NCBI GenBank assembly: GCA_964016885.1
Contig: OZ024742.1
Span: forward strand, 198,834,001-198,898,000
Length of the DNA stretch: 64,000 nucleotides
DNA from: Eledone cirrhosa
Taxonomy: Eukaryota
Reading direction: 5' to 3'
The position numbers and the translations under genes are program-made. Under the pieces are notes generated by a model. It ran no database searches. It was not told the DNA's origin and saw only the letters and a program-made list of their open reading frames with translations. Positions 40,505 to 53,741 of the stretch are shown here, piece by piece (the first letter of the stretch is position 1; every line of letters begins with the position of its first letter).

Positions 40505-43500
40505 TTATGTCCTGGCTATGACATTAAACTACATCCAGTGGCAAGGCTCCAGTTTGGGAGTTCAGGAGCTGTGGGGAATGTGGAGTTACCCCTTAGTTGT
40601 CATAACTCCCAGGTCTGCTCTGGCCCGGAGTAGTAGTACCTGTTAGTGCCCCATTTATGGGTTAAATAACTACCTTATTCGAGTGGCGCCGGTAAGGTAT
40701 TGTCAGCCATTGAAAAGAAATATGGAGAGTCGATCTAACAGCACTAGAGTTAGAGCCCCTAATTATAATATCAAGGAGCAGTCTGGTCGTTATGACTCTG
40801 CTGGCTTAGAGCCACAGAGAGGGCCAGTGGATGATGGATCAGCTGTCTCTGAGACAAATATAAAGAATGCAGTTTTGTCCTGCAGAAGAGCCATCAAAAT
40901 GGGCACTTTGAATGTCAGGACTATTCCGACGCTGGAGAAGAGAGAGGAGTTGGGACATCTGTTCGAGGAGAGTGGTATACAGATACTTGCGATCCAAGAA
41001 CACAGGATCCTACACGAAGAGCCCGTGAGGAGTTTGCTGATTGGTAAGAGGAGTCAGCTCATCACCACATCGGCAGTGAGGAACATGACCAATGCTGCAG
41101 TGGGAGGAGTGGGTTTTGTTTTCAGCACAAAAACCAGTCTATTGGTGAGGGAAATAATGCCTGTCTCCCCGCGAGTGTTGAGGGTGACCTTCAATGGAAA
41201 CCCAAGACTGACAGTCATCTCAGCCTATAGTCCAACTGAGGGGGAGAGTGATGGGAGTGCGGAAGAGTTCCATGAGGAGGTGTATAGAGCTGTCAACACC
41301 ACTCAAGCACACAACATCCTGCTTGTTTTGGGGGACTTCATTGCACATCTGAGTAAAGAGGGCAGTGAAGATCCTTGCTGGTACTTCCATAACAACACCA
41401 ACCGAAATGGAAGACTACTGAGAGACACCCTGCTGGAGGCGAACTTGATAGCGACCAACCTAAGGTTTAGGAAGAATCCGGGGAAGATGTGGACCTACAT
41501 CTCAGATATGCACCTGTCCAAGTCCCAGATTGATTTCATTCTGGTGAGGAAAAAGTGGTGGAATAGTGTTCTGAACACAGAACCATACAACTATTTCAGT
41601 ACACTGGGTAGTGACCACCGGCTTGTTATGAGTGAGGTCCGGGTGAGCTTAAGAAAGAGCAAGGCTCAGCCCCGGAGAGCAATCTATGACTGGGGAAATT
41701 TCAAGGAAGATGATAAGCTACAGGAGAGGTTCACAGTGGAAGTGAGGAACAGGTTCAGTGCACTGTGTGGAGAGACAGAGAGAGATTGGATGGACTGAGG
41801 AGAGTGTGACGAGGAGGTACGGGCACTTCACCAATGCAGTGGTGAGAGCAAGTGAAACCCTGGTGCCGAGGAAAAAGAACAAAAGGAAGCACGTCAGCTC
41901 TGCAAACCCAAAAGTGTGTGTAGCCAGAGAACACCTGAAAGCTGCCAAGGACCAATTCTATGCTGATCCTACGGAGGAGAGGATGGAGACTGGAGGTGAT
42001 GAGGGAAGAACTCTGTACCGCTTACACTGAGGCCAGAGAGGAGGCACTGATAGATAATATCAGAAGTGTGGAGAGAGCGGTTGACAGATCTGGATGTAAG
42101 GAGAGCTGGATGATCATCAACGAGATCACAGGGAGGAAGAGAAGGTGTTCGAGTCAGATCCAGGGAATGGGGCCCGAGGATAGGAAGAGGAAATGACTAG
42201 ACCATTTTAGGACCCTACTAGGAGAGCCATCCTCCACAGCCCAGAGCACTGGGGAGATCAGGCGGCTGTTTGAGGAACTGGATATTGAGACAGAACCCTT
42301 CACCAGAGAGGAGCTTCAGAGAGCCAAGAAGAGGATCAAGGAGGGCAAGGCTCATGGAGAAGATGGAGTAGCATCAGAGGTGATGAAGTGGTGTGATTTT
42401 GATGATATCATCCTGGGGTTGTGTAACCAGACACTGGAGAAAGGAGTTGCCCCGAATCAGTGGAGGATCAGTAACATCGTCCCAGTGCCAAAGAAGGGAG
42501 ATCTCTCAAACACCAACAACTGTTCTCACAACTGATCTCACTGACGTCACTTGTGGCAAAGACCCTCAACAGAATGATTCTTAACAGGATCCAGCCTGAG
42601 ATGGAGAAGAAGTTCAGGGACAACCAGAACGGCTTCAGAGAGGGAAGATCAACCACCCGTCACATCCTGATGCTGAGGAGGATATTAGAGGGAGCTAGAG
42701 CAAAGTGCCTTCCTGTGGTCATGGTTTTCATTGACTTTAGGAAGGCCTTTGATTCTGTGGACCGTCACTGCCTGATGAAGATCTTACAGGCTTATGGAAT
42801 CCCCAAGAAGAGAGTGGACCTGATATCACTGCTCTACACCAACACCAAAGCCCAAGTCATTACACCTGATGGGACGACAGAGTTCTTTGAGATACTGGCT
42901 GGAGTGCTCCAGGGAGATACATTGGCTCCCTACCTTTTTATCATCGTAGTGGACTATTGTATGCGCCTTGCACTGGAGAAACACCAGGACTCTGGCTTTA
43001 CTGTAGCACCGGCTCAGAGCAGGAGAATTAAGGCGAAAAAGGTATCAGATGCTGAATTTGCCGACCACATAGTTTTGGTGACAAATACAGTGAAGGAGGC
43101 AGAGGATTTGATGCGGGAGGTTGAGATTGTGTCGATGAGTGTGGGGCTGAGAATGAATGAGGCTAAAACAAAATATCTGGTAGAGAATGTTGAGAAGCCA
43201 GAGGGGATCACTGATGTAGGCGGGAAGCCGCTAGAGTTGGTTGTGGGCTTCCTGTATTTGGGAGCAAAGATTGGGAATGCAGAAGATGATGTAGTTGAGA
43301 GGAAGAGCAAAGCCTGGGCGGCGTGCCACAGCTTGAGATCGGTGTGGAAGTCGGACCTTCGTAAAAACCTGAAGATCCGCCTCTTCATTGCTGTAGTGGA
43401 GTCTATGCTACTTTACGGGTCTGAGACTTGGACACTTACCAAGAAACTCACTCAGATGGTGGATGGGTGCTACACGAGAAGGCTGAGGATGGCTCTGAAC

Positions 43501-43813
43501 ATTAATCAATATACACTGAGGATGAAAAACTCAGAGCTGTAGGGGAGCCTCCTAAAAGTCAGCTCAAAAGTGACACAGAGGAGACTGAGGTTGTCTGGAC
43601 ATGCTCACCGACATCCAGAGTTGACATTGCACTCAGTGCTCCTTTGGGAGCCCCTACATGGACACACTGGAAGAGAAAGACCAAGGTTAACGTATGTTGA
43701 TGCCCTAAGGACAGATACTGGTCTGTTGGAGACGCGGGACATGGCAGCGAAAATGAGGGACAGAGACCGCTGGAGAGAAGTCGTCCATGGATCTCGGGAG
43801 TTTTACCCGCCCT

Positions 43814-43817
<4 letters not shown>
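40505..43817 (+). mobile_element. RTE/RTEX-type LINE, near full length, decayed (APE plus RT)
   Basis: GTLNVRT, IQEHR, SAYSPT, LGDF, SQIDFI, SDHR; QNGFR, FIDFRKAFDS, GVLQGDTLAPYLF, FADH (mutated YADD), LLYGSETW. Confidence 0.9.
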
Positions 43818-43881
<64 letters not shown>

Positions 43882-43886
<5 letters not shown>

Positions 43887-44541
43887 TATGTACACGTACA
43901 TACATATATGTATACCGACGTACAGTAGTATGTATATATATATACATACATGCACACATATATATATATGCACGTATGGATTCACCGAACATTTATTATA
44001 ATGCTTGGTGTGTTTGTAAACAAACATCCCGTATTAAGCCGTAGTGTCTAGCAACCACCGTTGCTCGTTTGTTCAACACTGACAAAGGAACGCTGTACTA
44101 GTTTCAAGCTTGTTAGCTATCGTCAGCAACGTATACCTTCCTGCCAGATTGTTGAACGTATATACTTACCTTATGCATATTAACGGCTGAGTAGCCCAAT
44201 TTGCATATCGAGTAGGTTAATCGGCCGGGTGCACCGAAAACGATAAACGGAAAAAATGAAACGATATTTCATTTCACACTCTTAGTACGGCTGTTACTTA
44301 AATATAAGTATGTAGACGTACATACATATATGTATACCGACGTACAGTAGTATGTATATATATATATACATAAATGTTCGGTGAATCCATACGTGCATAT
44401 ATATATATGTGTGCATGTATGTATATATATATATACATACTACTGTACGTCGGTATACATATATGTATGTACGTGTACATACTTATATTTAAGTAACAGC
44501 CGTACTAAGAGTGGGAAATGAAATATCGTTTCATTTTTTCC

Positions 44542-44546
<5 letters not shown>
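43882..44546 (-). mobile_element. Small non-coding HHR element (~422-nt unit, partial tandem plus inverted segment)
   Basis: Direct repeat with 422-bp period; 44371-44546 inverted and spanning the unit junction; homologous to 4271-4730. Confidence 0.75.
44090..44132 (-). ncRNA. Minimal type-I hammerhead ribozyme
   Basis: acgttg-CTGACGA-t-agct(aaca)agct-t-GAAA-cta-gta-cagcgt; palindromic stem III ACTAGT, GUA triplet. Confidence 0.8.
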
Positions 44547-44575
<29 letters not shown>

Positions 44576-44877
44576 TGGTAATCTACATGATAAAAGAATC
44601 CAGAACACACCGAAGGTGGTTGGTGTTAGGAAGGACATCCAACTGTAGAAAGCTTGCCAAACAAGGGGTTGGGAGGAACCTTTATTTATGTCAAAAGACA
44701 TGGCACCTTCTGTGCACTCAGCAGAACAAAAACAAGATACAGACACACCAGCTGGACTGGGAAATCAGTAGCCCCACTTCAGTACTGATATGGTCTATGT
44801 AGACCTGTCCAAACCTTGCTCTCAGGGAAAGCGGACGTTAAACAATGATGATAATGGTATATGTATAAATATATATA

Positions 44878-45947
44878 TCCGGCATTGCTCGGGTATTAAA
44901 TACCAGTTGTGTATACCATTTTTGTCAATACTTCAGTGCTGCTTAGAAAACTATACTTTTACAAAATCATCGACTTTTTCCAAAAGGGGGTTCCTGCCCC
45001 CAGGGGTCCCCTACCCAATATGTGCCAATTCTGAGAGTTCACATTCATCTGTAGGACAAACGTAGCCCATGTGTCAAGTTTTGTGAAAATCGGTTGCGAA
45101 CTCCAGAAGTTATGACGTTTTGTTGCATTGCACTGCAGTGCTTCAGTCGACTCCAAGGAAGTCGTTAAAGGTGGTTATCTGCCGGGAGGCCCTATAATCA
45201 ATATCTGGGAAAATGACAGTGCCCATGACCATCCGGAGTACATAAGTAACCTATGAATTAAGTTTGGTGAAAATACTGTAGAAATGCATAAGGTTTATAC
45301 ATACGCGCGTGCGTTCGTGTGTGTGTGTGTGTTTGTTTGTATGTGTGTGTGGGGGAGGGGGTATGTATTTGTGTGTGCGTATGTATGTGTATGTCCGTCG
45401 GGGCATACGTATGTACGAGCCTAAATCTTCACTATTTTTACTATTTTAATAACGTCTGTCATTCTCGTTTTCAATTTTATTTACATCATTCTTAAACTCC
45501 GGGGCTGGAAATCATTTTGTTATTTTAAATAGAATATTAGTCTAACGACTCCATTTATACCATAAACTTGGTCTTGACTTTGCATGATATTGTTCTTCAC
45601 GCACCACATAACGACGTATTATCCTCGCTTTTTTCCCGTTCATTGCCAGGGAACGTCTTCACAAACCAAAATATCGTCTTCCTGTTTTCGTTCGGTTGCA
45701 ACGTTTCTCGAAATAATTACTTCTGCGTTCACAGATTACTCTCAGTTCAATTTGAATGGGAAATTCCAGTTTCATCGATTTTTTCCGTAACCATGGAAGA
45801 TTGTAGCTTGAAAGTCGACCCAACGCCTCCTCGGGTCATTCTGTATAACTGTGTAAATTTTCGCTGCATTCCACCAAGCCGTTTCGACGTTTATCCGACT
45901 ACACCTACATATACAACGTCCGACCACTTCCAATTTATATAGTAGAT
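44878..45947 (-). mobile_element. Non-autonomous Helitron-like element(s)
   Basis: Subterminal CCGGCATTGCTCGGG similar to 62374; other end reads TCTACTATATAAA on the minus strand. Confidence 0.5.
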
Positions 45948-46512
45948 TTGTTTATATATGAATGACAAAAAGAAAAGTACAAAACTATACGTGAATTGTT
46001 TCTACTAAACCTTCAATTTAAGACACAACCTACATATTTGATAGGACTCCATCTCACTTCTTCTTCTTCTTCTTCTTCTTCTTTTGCTCCCCCTGGAACA
46101 TTGGGCTGCAAGCCACCCCCACACAACGCCATGTTCTGAGTCTGCTTTTCAACTCCACCGTGATGCACGGTGCGTCATGGTGTATCTAACCATTTTTTTA
46201 GGTCTTACTACGGCTGATTTCTTCCAGAGAGAAAGAAAGAGATGGAAAAATGCAGAGAAGATTCATCCCCAGAGGAATAATAAAAAATGTTTACACTGCA
46301 CATTTCATTTTTTCAAAGCTAAAGCTGCCGATCCAAAATCAGTAATTCAACTCCCTGAAAACTTTCAAATATATGCTATCCTAGCATGAATATTATGCTA
46401 AGGATAAGCTGTCCACAAAATAAGATTTACTTGCATATCCCCGCTCATATAAACACATAAATACATGCATACATACATTACAGTTGATATTTTTTTTTAT
46501 TAAAGCGTTTTC

Positions 46513-46580
<68 letters not shown>

Positions 46581-47224
46581 CGAAACATAAGTCAATTGCA
46601 TGAACTCATAATCCTTTATTTACTGCTTTATTTGTATGAAATTGTAAATAAAACAAAAGTATTAGAACAGGGGGAAATAACTCACCGAACGCGATAGTTT
46701 TGGGGCCCCAGGGACCACATTTTTTAAGTTAGAGATTTGAAACCTCGTCTATTTGCTTCCTTGGCACTTTTTACATAGGTGTGTAAATTTTCATGTCAGT
46801 CCAACAACGTCTACTACCATTTAACCGTGCACATCTGAATTTCAACCACCACCCATTTCACAAATATATATTAGATATATATATGTGTGATACTGACGGA
46901 CACAAGAATGAGTACTCAATACTCAGTAATCAATATTAAAGTAGCGTTAAATAATATTCTTTATTAAAGCTAAGTGATATGTCTTGTTGCTCTGAAGTTT
47001 CACCTGTGTACTTGCAGGACCACCAGACAAGAATGTTGGTGGTATTATATCAGGTGACAGATGCTGGTGGTTTTTGTTTAATATAACCATGGGTGGTTTT
47101 GGACAAGAGCCTTCCCTTAGTTATTGTTTCCTCGGCATGCAGGCAAAACATGCTCGGGGTAGGCCTATTCAATTGGGACAAGTTTGAAAATGTCACCCAC
47201 CACCTTCCAACAAATATACGGGGT

Positions 47225-48680
47225 TAATAATAATTGTTTCTAATTTTGGCACAAGGCCAGCAATCTTCGGGGCAAGGAAAAGTTGATTACATCAATTCTG
47301 ATTTCTAATTTATTTTATTGACCCTGGAAGAATGACAGGCCAAGTTAAGATCAGCAGGATTTGAACTCAAAATAGAAAGATCCCATTGAAATAAAACAAT
47401 CCCAGTAGCTGATTTGTACTTTATTTTATTGACCCCAGAAAATGGCAGGTAAAGTTAACATCAGCAAGATTTGAACTTAGAATGGAAAGAGCCCATTGAT
47501 TATATCAATTCCAGTACTTGCTTTATACATGGCAATTTATCCAATGCTTTAACAACTCTGCCAATTTACAGTCTGAAAGACAGCTATACTTTTTACTATA
47601 TTCCCAATGAAAATGGCAGCTGTATAATAAGGTGCAAAGTCAATGAAAGCTGGTGTGGGCAGGCCTAGGAAGACTTGGGATGAGGTAATAAAAGCTGACC
47701 TTGCGCAATTACACTTCTCAAAGGCAATGACTCAGGACCGCAACCTCTGGCGCTCTTCACTTTTACGAAAGACCCGCCCTCTATTGTTCTCAGGATGAGG
47801 CTTATATCTAGTGGGCAACACCTTCCTGAACCTGCTATCCTCTCTCATCCACCTCCTTTAGAGGTAACCCTACCTCCCCTACTACTCTGACCGCATCTTT
47901 TTCCCCTAAGCCCCTCCACCATCCCTAGTCCCACCTTTGTTGTGTCAGTGACACAACAAAGGTGCCCAGTCCCCACTGTAAAGAACATCCATCCCACACT
48001 GTAAAGTGATCGTGTAGATGTCACGACAAAAAGTACCCAGCAGACACTGTAAATGTGGATGGCATTAAGAAGGGCATCCAGCCGTAGAAAACCAGCCCAA
48101 AACTCTCCTATATGAGCGAGACACAGTCATCCGACCCAACTTGCCTCTAAATGGGACAAACCTGTCTAACCCATGCTAACAGGGAAGATAGATGTTAATC
48201 AATGATGATGCTCTGTATTTTATGGACCCTAGAAAACTGACAGGCAAAGTTAACATCAGCATGTTTTGAACTCAGAACGAAAAGAATCCATTGATTATAT
48301 CAATCCTAGTATTTGATTTGTACTTATTTTATTGACCCTGGAAGAATCACAGGCCAAATTTAACACCAGCAGAATTTGAACTCAGCATGGAAAGAGCCAG
48401 AACAATGGAACAAATACAACTAAGCATTTGTCTGACATTCTAATGATTCTGCCAATCTTTGCTGCCACTCTTACTGACATAATAATAATTGTTTCTACTT
48501 TTGGCACAAGGCCAGCAATTATCCCAGTGCATTACTGGTACTTTATTTTATCGACCTCGTAAGGATGAAAGGCAAAGTTAACCTCAGCGGGATTTGAACT
48601 CAGAATGGCGAGGGCCGTAACTCTATGCGTCAAAGCATGGCGTCCGACCCTCTACCGATACTGCCAATGCACCGCCATTA
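47225..48680 (-). mobile_element. Cluster of SINE copies (second family; best copy ~48480-48676) with an RTE 3' fragment at ~47640-48210 (+)
   Basis: Recurrent GGCAAAGTTAAC.TCAGC.GGATTTGAACTCAGAA (B box on minus strand) and TTTTGGCACAAGGCCAGCAAT. Confidence 0.7.
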
Positions 48681-49049
48681 CTGACGTAATAATAATGATC
48701 ATAAAATAAAATGGAAATTAGAAATTTTCAAAAGACAAGTTTCTATTATTGGTAATTAATTTACGGCTTTTGTTTCTTTCCTTCTTTCTTTTATTTCTGT
48801 TTTGTTGTTTGATTTTCTTGAGTTTGAGTTTTTGTTTTTTGCTCTCTCCCCCCCCCCCCCCTACCACTCCCCAGCTACCATACTGCTATTACAGAAATAT
48901 ATCAACAATATAATATAATATATAACATTGTTTTATTGCAGCTTTAATTTTTACCACTTAGAAGGTTCCAGAAATTGTGAAGTATGCAAGATAGTACCAC
49001 TATGTCCAACATGTCCAAACAAAGGATTGTGGGGTGATATATATATATG

Positions 49050-49093
<44 letters not shown>

Positions 49094-49279
49094 CCACAAT
49101 AAATTGACGGAGCCATAGGCGCTCGCCATTCCCTGTAAATAATGTGCTCAAAGGAGAAGAAATCCTGAGCTCTTTAAAATACAATATGTTGAAAAGGTAA
49201 CACACCAGAGAGAGATATACAGTGCGCTATCAATAAAGCAGGGAAAAAACCACCAGTGTGTGTATATATATAGTACACT

Positions 49280-51805
49280 GACTATTTGTAAGTACACTGA
49301 CTATTTGCAACACTAACTTCTAGAAACCTGCCAACCACCTAATAACCTACAAATCTGGCGAGCACATAAGCCAGTTTGACTTTTTACTAGTTAGGCAGCG
49401 GGACAGGCAGATAGTGTCTAATACCAAGGCATACCCTGGGGAAGAATGTACCCCACAGCATAGGTTAGTCGTTAGTGATATCTCAGTAAGCAAGAGATGG
49501 AATGAGACATACAGGAAGGTGTGGAGAAGAAAGGTCTGGAAGCTAAAAGACCTTTCACTAAAATACAAATTTAGGAAAGCCCTTCAAAATGTGTATGACG
49601 AAAAAGAAGACGATTTAGAGACGTATGACATAGATAATAACTGTAATTTCTTACGTGACAACTTACTGCAGACTACTGATGAAACTTGTGGCTGGAGCAG
49701 AGCTCCAACCAGACAGCGAGTGACCTGGTGGTGGAACAGCACAGTAGATAAGGCCATTAGAGACAAAAGACTAGCATGGAAGGCTTGGAAAAAGGGTGGG
49801 AGTAGAGAAGGATATACAGCCGCTAAGAGAGAAGCTAGACATTAGGTGTACTTAGCACACAGGGAGGCTGAGAGTAGGAGGTTTGCCAATGTTCTGCAAC
49901 GGGAAGATCAGAGGCGTGCGGTGTTCCACATTGCAATGCAGTGTGTCAATGCAAATCAGGATGTTGTTGGAGATAAATGTGTCCGGAATGATGCCGGTGT
50001 ACTTAGTGTCACGAATGATCAGAAAAAGGAGGCCTGGAAATGTCATTATGAGAGACTGATGAATGTGGAGAACGAATGGGAGAGAGAGAAATTACCCTCT
50101 GTAGATCCGACAGAGGGACCAGCTATTGAGATTGACGAATATAGGGTCGAAGAGGCAATTAAGGAAATTAAAAATGGTAAGGCTGCTGGACCATCGGGGA
50201 TAGTTGATGAGTTGCTGAAGGCATCAGGGGATGTAGGCACTAAGCTGGTTGCACGCATCATCAATCAGGCTATTTGTGGTGGTGTCATACCAAAAGATTG
50301 GTGCAGCAGTTTTCTCATAAATTGCTACAAAGGTAAAGGGGATGCTCTGGAGAGGAGCAATTATAGGGGTATAAAACTGATGGATCAAGTTATGAAAGTG
50401 GCAGAAAAGATATTAGCACAACTAATTAGAGAAAGGGTCAAACTAGATGAGATGCAGTTTGGTTTTGTGCCTGGGAAGAGTACAACAGATGCCCTCTTCT
50501 TGGTGAGACAATTACAAGAGAGGTTCTTAGTGAAAAATAAACCACTATATTTAGCCTTTGTTGACCTAGAGAAGGCCTTTGATAGGGTAAGCCCGATCTG
50601 TCATCTGGTGGGCCCTAAGGAATGGCTTGTGAAGACAGTGCAAACTTTGTACAGAGGTACTGTCAGTAAAGTCAGGGTAGGAATGGAGTTTAGTGAGGAA
50701 TTCCAGATACAAGTAGGAGTACATCAAGGTTCGGTCCTCAGCTCACTCTTGTTCATTATAGTCCTCCGAGCCATAACAGAGGAGTTTAAGACTGGCTGTC
50801 CATGGGAACTTCTCTATGCTAACGATCTGGTTTTTATAGCAGAATCAGTAGAGGAGCTAGAGAATAAATTCTGGCTATGGAAACAGCAGTTAGAAGCAAG
50901 AGGACTGAGAGTGAACCTAGCTAAGACAAAAGTGTTGATGAGTAGAAAAGAGGACAAAACTCTGATTCCGTCAGGGAAATGGCTTTGTTTGATATGCAGA
51001 AAAGGAACTGGCATAAATTCTATAAAATGTACACAATGCAGATCCTGGGTACTCAATAGATGTAGTGGGATAGCAGGCAAACTAACAGGTAGGGAGAAAT
51101 ATGTATGCAGTAGATGTACAGGGAAATTAGACAGTACAAGTCGCATTTTTCAAATCCAGGCGGGTGCTATAGAAGTGGTGGATAGCTTCCGGTACCTAGG
51201 AGATCAGATTAGCATGGGAGGGGGTGTTCCGAGGCCATAGTATCTAGAATAAGGACGGGTTGGAAGAAGTTTAGGGAGCTGCTTCCTCTGCTGACGAAGA
51301 AGGGTTTCTCTCTGCGTACGAAAGGCCGGTTATATGATGCCTGTGTGAGGAGCGCGATGCTGCATGGTAGTGAGACATGGGCAGCAACTGCAGAGGATAT
51401 GCGATGGCTGGAGAGAAATGAGGCAAGCATGCTCCGTTGGATGTGCAATATCAATGTGCGTGAACAACCTAGCATGCATGTGTTGAGAGAGAAACTGTGT
51501 CTGAGAGGGAAAGAATGTAGTGTGCGAGAGAGGAGACTGAGGTAGTATGGACATGTGATGCGCATGGAGGATGACCGATGGGTGAAGAAGTGCCAGGAAA
51601 TGCCAATTGAAGGAAGACGTGGTAGAGGTAGACCACGAAAAACATGGGCGGAGGTGGTGAGAACAGATCTCAGATCACTGAAGCTCACGGTGGAGATGAC
51701 GAAGGACCATGACAAGTGGAGAGATGCTGTGCTAAATAAGACCCGTCCCACCCTTGCAAGCAGGGAAAAGTGGACGTAAAATGATGATGATGATGATGAT
51801 GATGA

Positions 51806-51808
<3 letters not shown>
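49280..51808 (+). mobile_element. RTE LINE (family A relative), 5'-truncated and decayed
   Basis: ORFs 49414-49845, 49846-51240 (NYRGIKL, GVHQGS, YAND), 51345-51779; (ATG)n tail. Confidence 0.9.
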
Positions 51809-51874
<66 letters not shown>

Positions 51875-52310
51875 ATAAAAGAGAAAACACAGGTAAGCAT
51901 TAAAAAAAGGGTTTTATCCAGGTATTTACAACCGTTTCATTGTTAAGTGCAACCTTATATTGCTATACTGCAAATAGCAGCCACTCAATAATAATTGTTG
52001 CACACATCCAAATTTTTAAAATAGTGAATAAGTTACTCTTAACAAGTTCTTAATATATAGAAAAACATTTTTTCGAATTGTATTTGCTAGTATAGAGAGA
52101 GAGGAAGAGGAATTAGAAAGTGAGGGGTCAAAGGGAGTAGTATAGAGAGAGAGGAAGGGGGAGAAGAATTAGGAAGTAGGGTGACAAATTGAGATGGAGG
52201 GAGGGGTAGAGGTGGAAGGAATCTTTGATCAGTTTTGATATATGTAGACATGATGTCGTAGATTTAGAGTGTAATGAGTTAAATAGAATTAAATTGTTTA
52301 TAGTGGGAGG

Positions 52311-52378
<68 letters not shown>

Positions 52379-53220
52379 AGAGAGGGGGAGAGATAGAGAG
52401 ATAAATATATATATAAATAAAAAAAATAAAAAAATAAAAAATAAAGAGGGGGGAGAAGAAAAGAAAAGACAAAAAAAAGAGAGAAGAAAGGAAGAAAACG
52501 AAAAGAAATAGAAAAGGAATGAAGGAGAAGGGAGGCATATACGTATTGGTTTTTGTGGGTAATTAAAGGGGTTGTATACAATAAGAGGGTAGAAAGTCTA
52601 AGTATAGGCAGTTTGTCAGGTGGTAGTAAAACGTTAAGGGTTCGATTTGCACTTGTAGTGCGAAAACTTTTCTTTAAGTCTATGGTTACAATAAATCGAT
52701 CTTTCGATTTTATTGTTGAGTAACTTATTCTTCGAACTCAAAATGTGGAACAGCTCAAGGTCACATAATCGACAGCTTCTCATACCACTCCGATATGGGG
52801 GTGCGTTCGATAATTTTTTTCCATTTCAGGGTGTATTGATGGTTACTTTCCATTGATGGTCAGTTGCCAGGTCTTGTTCGCAAGGGTAGTTACATAACGA
52901 TGCTGGGAATTTAAATGTATTCCCAGTCGCTCCGATGTAATACCATTTCTGGTTGTCTGATTCCACTGTGCATTGGTAAACCAGGTTAGACTGCATACAT
53001 TCGTTATGTAATGGACAGGTTTCAGGTAGGTGGCAATTACAATTCTTGTCATGGGCAACTTTGGCATTATTAGTGGGCTGCGATGCTTGTACAAGTGTGT
53101 TACGTCTTGTTTGCCTATTAGTGGGTGGTTGTGTATTAGATATTCTGTTGTGTTCAATGGTAATTGTATTGTTATTGTTATAAATTGGATTACAATAAGC
53201 AATTTTCTGCTTCCCTAACT
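51875..53220 (-). mobile_element. 5'-truncated Naiad-type PLE (zinc knuckle plus GIY-YIG remnant and 3' tail)
   Basis: Minus-strand CNCHLPETCPLHNEC..LVYQC..YYIGATGNTFK and CRLCDLEL..LLN..CNH within ~52640-53050. Confidence 0.8.
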
Positions 53221-53238
53221 ATATATATATATGCATAT

Positions 53239-53610
53239 ATATTAATAAAAAGAATTCCAACTTTGTCTGATTTACTCGTTTTATTTACAATCCTTTAACA
53301 TGTATAATGGTATTAGAATGAAATAGTATGGTAGAATATTAAATGTTAAGTGTTAATTGAACAAGTACTTTCATGCTTTCGCAATCTTCAGGTTCATATT
53401 CTGTGGTGACAGTCAACTTTGCAATTTTCAACTTGACTGTCACCACAGAATATGAACCTGAAAATTGCGAAAGCATGAAAGTACTTGTTCAATTAACACT
53501 TAACGTATAATATTCTACCATACTATTTCATTCTAATACCATTATACATTTTAAAGGATTGTAAATAAAATGAGTAACTCAGACAAAGTTGGAATTCCTT
53601 TTATTAATAT
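53239..53610. repeat. Fold-back, ~178-bp arms, 16-nt loop, HHR in each arm
   Basis: Arms 53239-53416 and 53433-53610. Confidence 0.9.
53358..53396 (-). ncRNA. Minimal type-I hammerhead ribozyme (mirror copy 53453-53491 has core CTGAAAA)
   Basis: tgaac-CTGAAGA-t-tgc(gaaa)gca-t-GAAA-gtac-tt-gttca. Confidence 0.82.
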
Positions 53611-53638
53611 AATCTTCTATACACAATCATACACACCC

Positions 53639-53708
<70 letters not shown>

Positions 53709-53709
53709 G

Positions 53710-53741
<32 letters not shown>

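Noticed and set aside
51920-52030. HHR in the tail of the 51875-53220 PLE
   Set aside because: GAAAC and a GTGCAAC/GTTGCAC hairpin are present on the minus strand, but there is no recognisable CUGANGA
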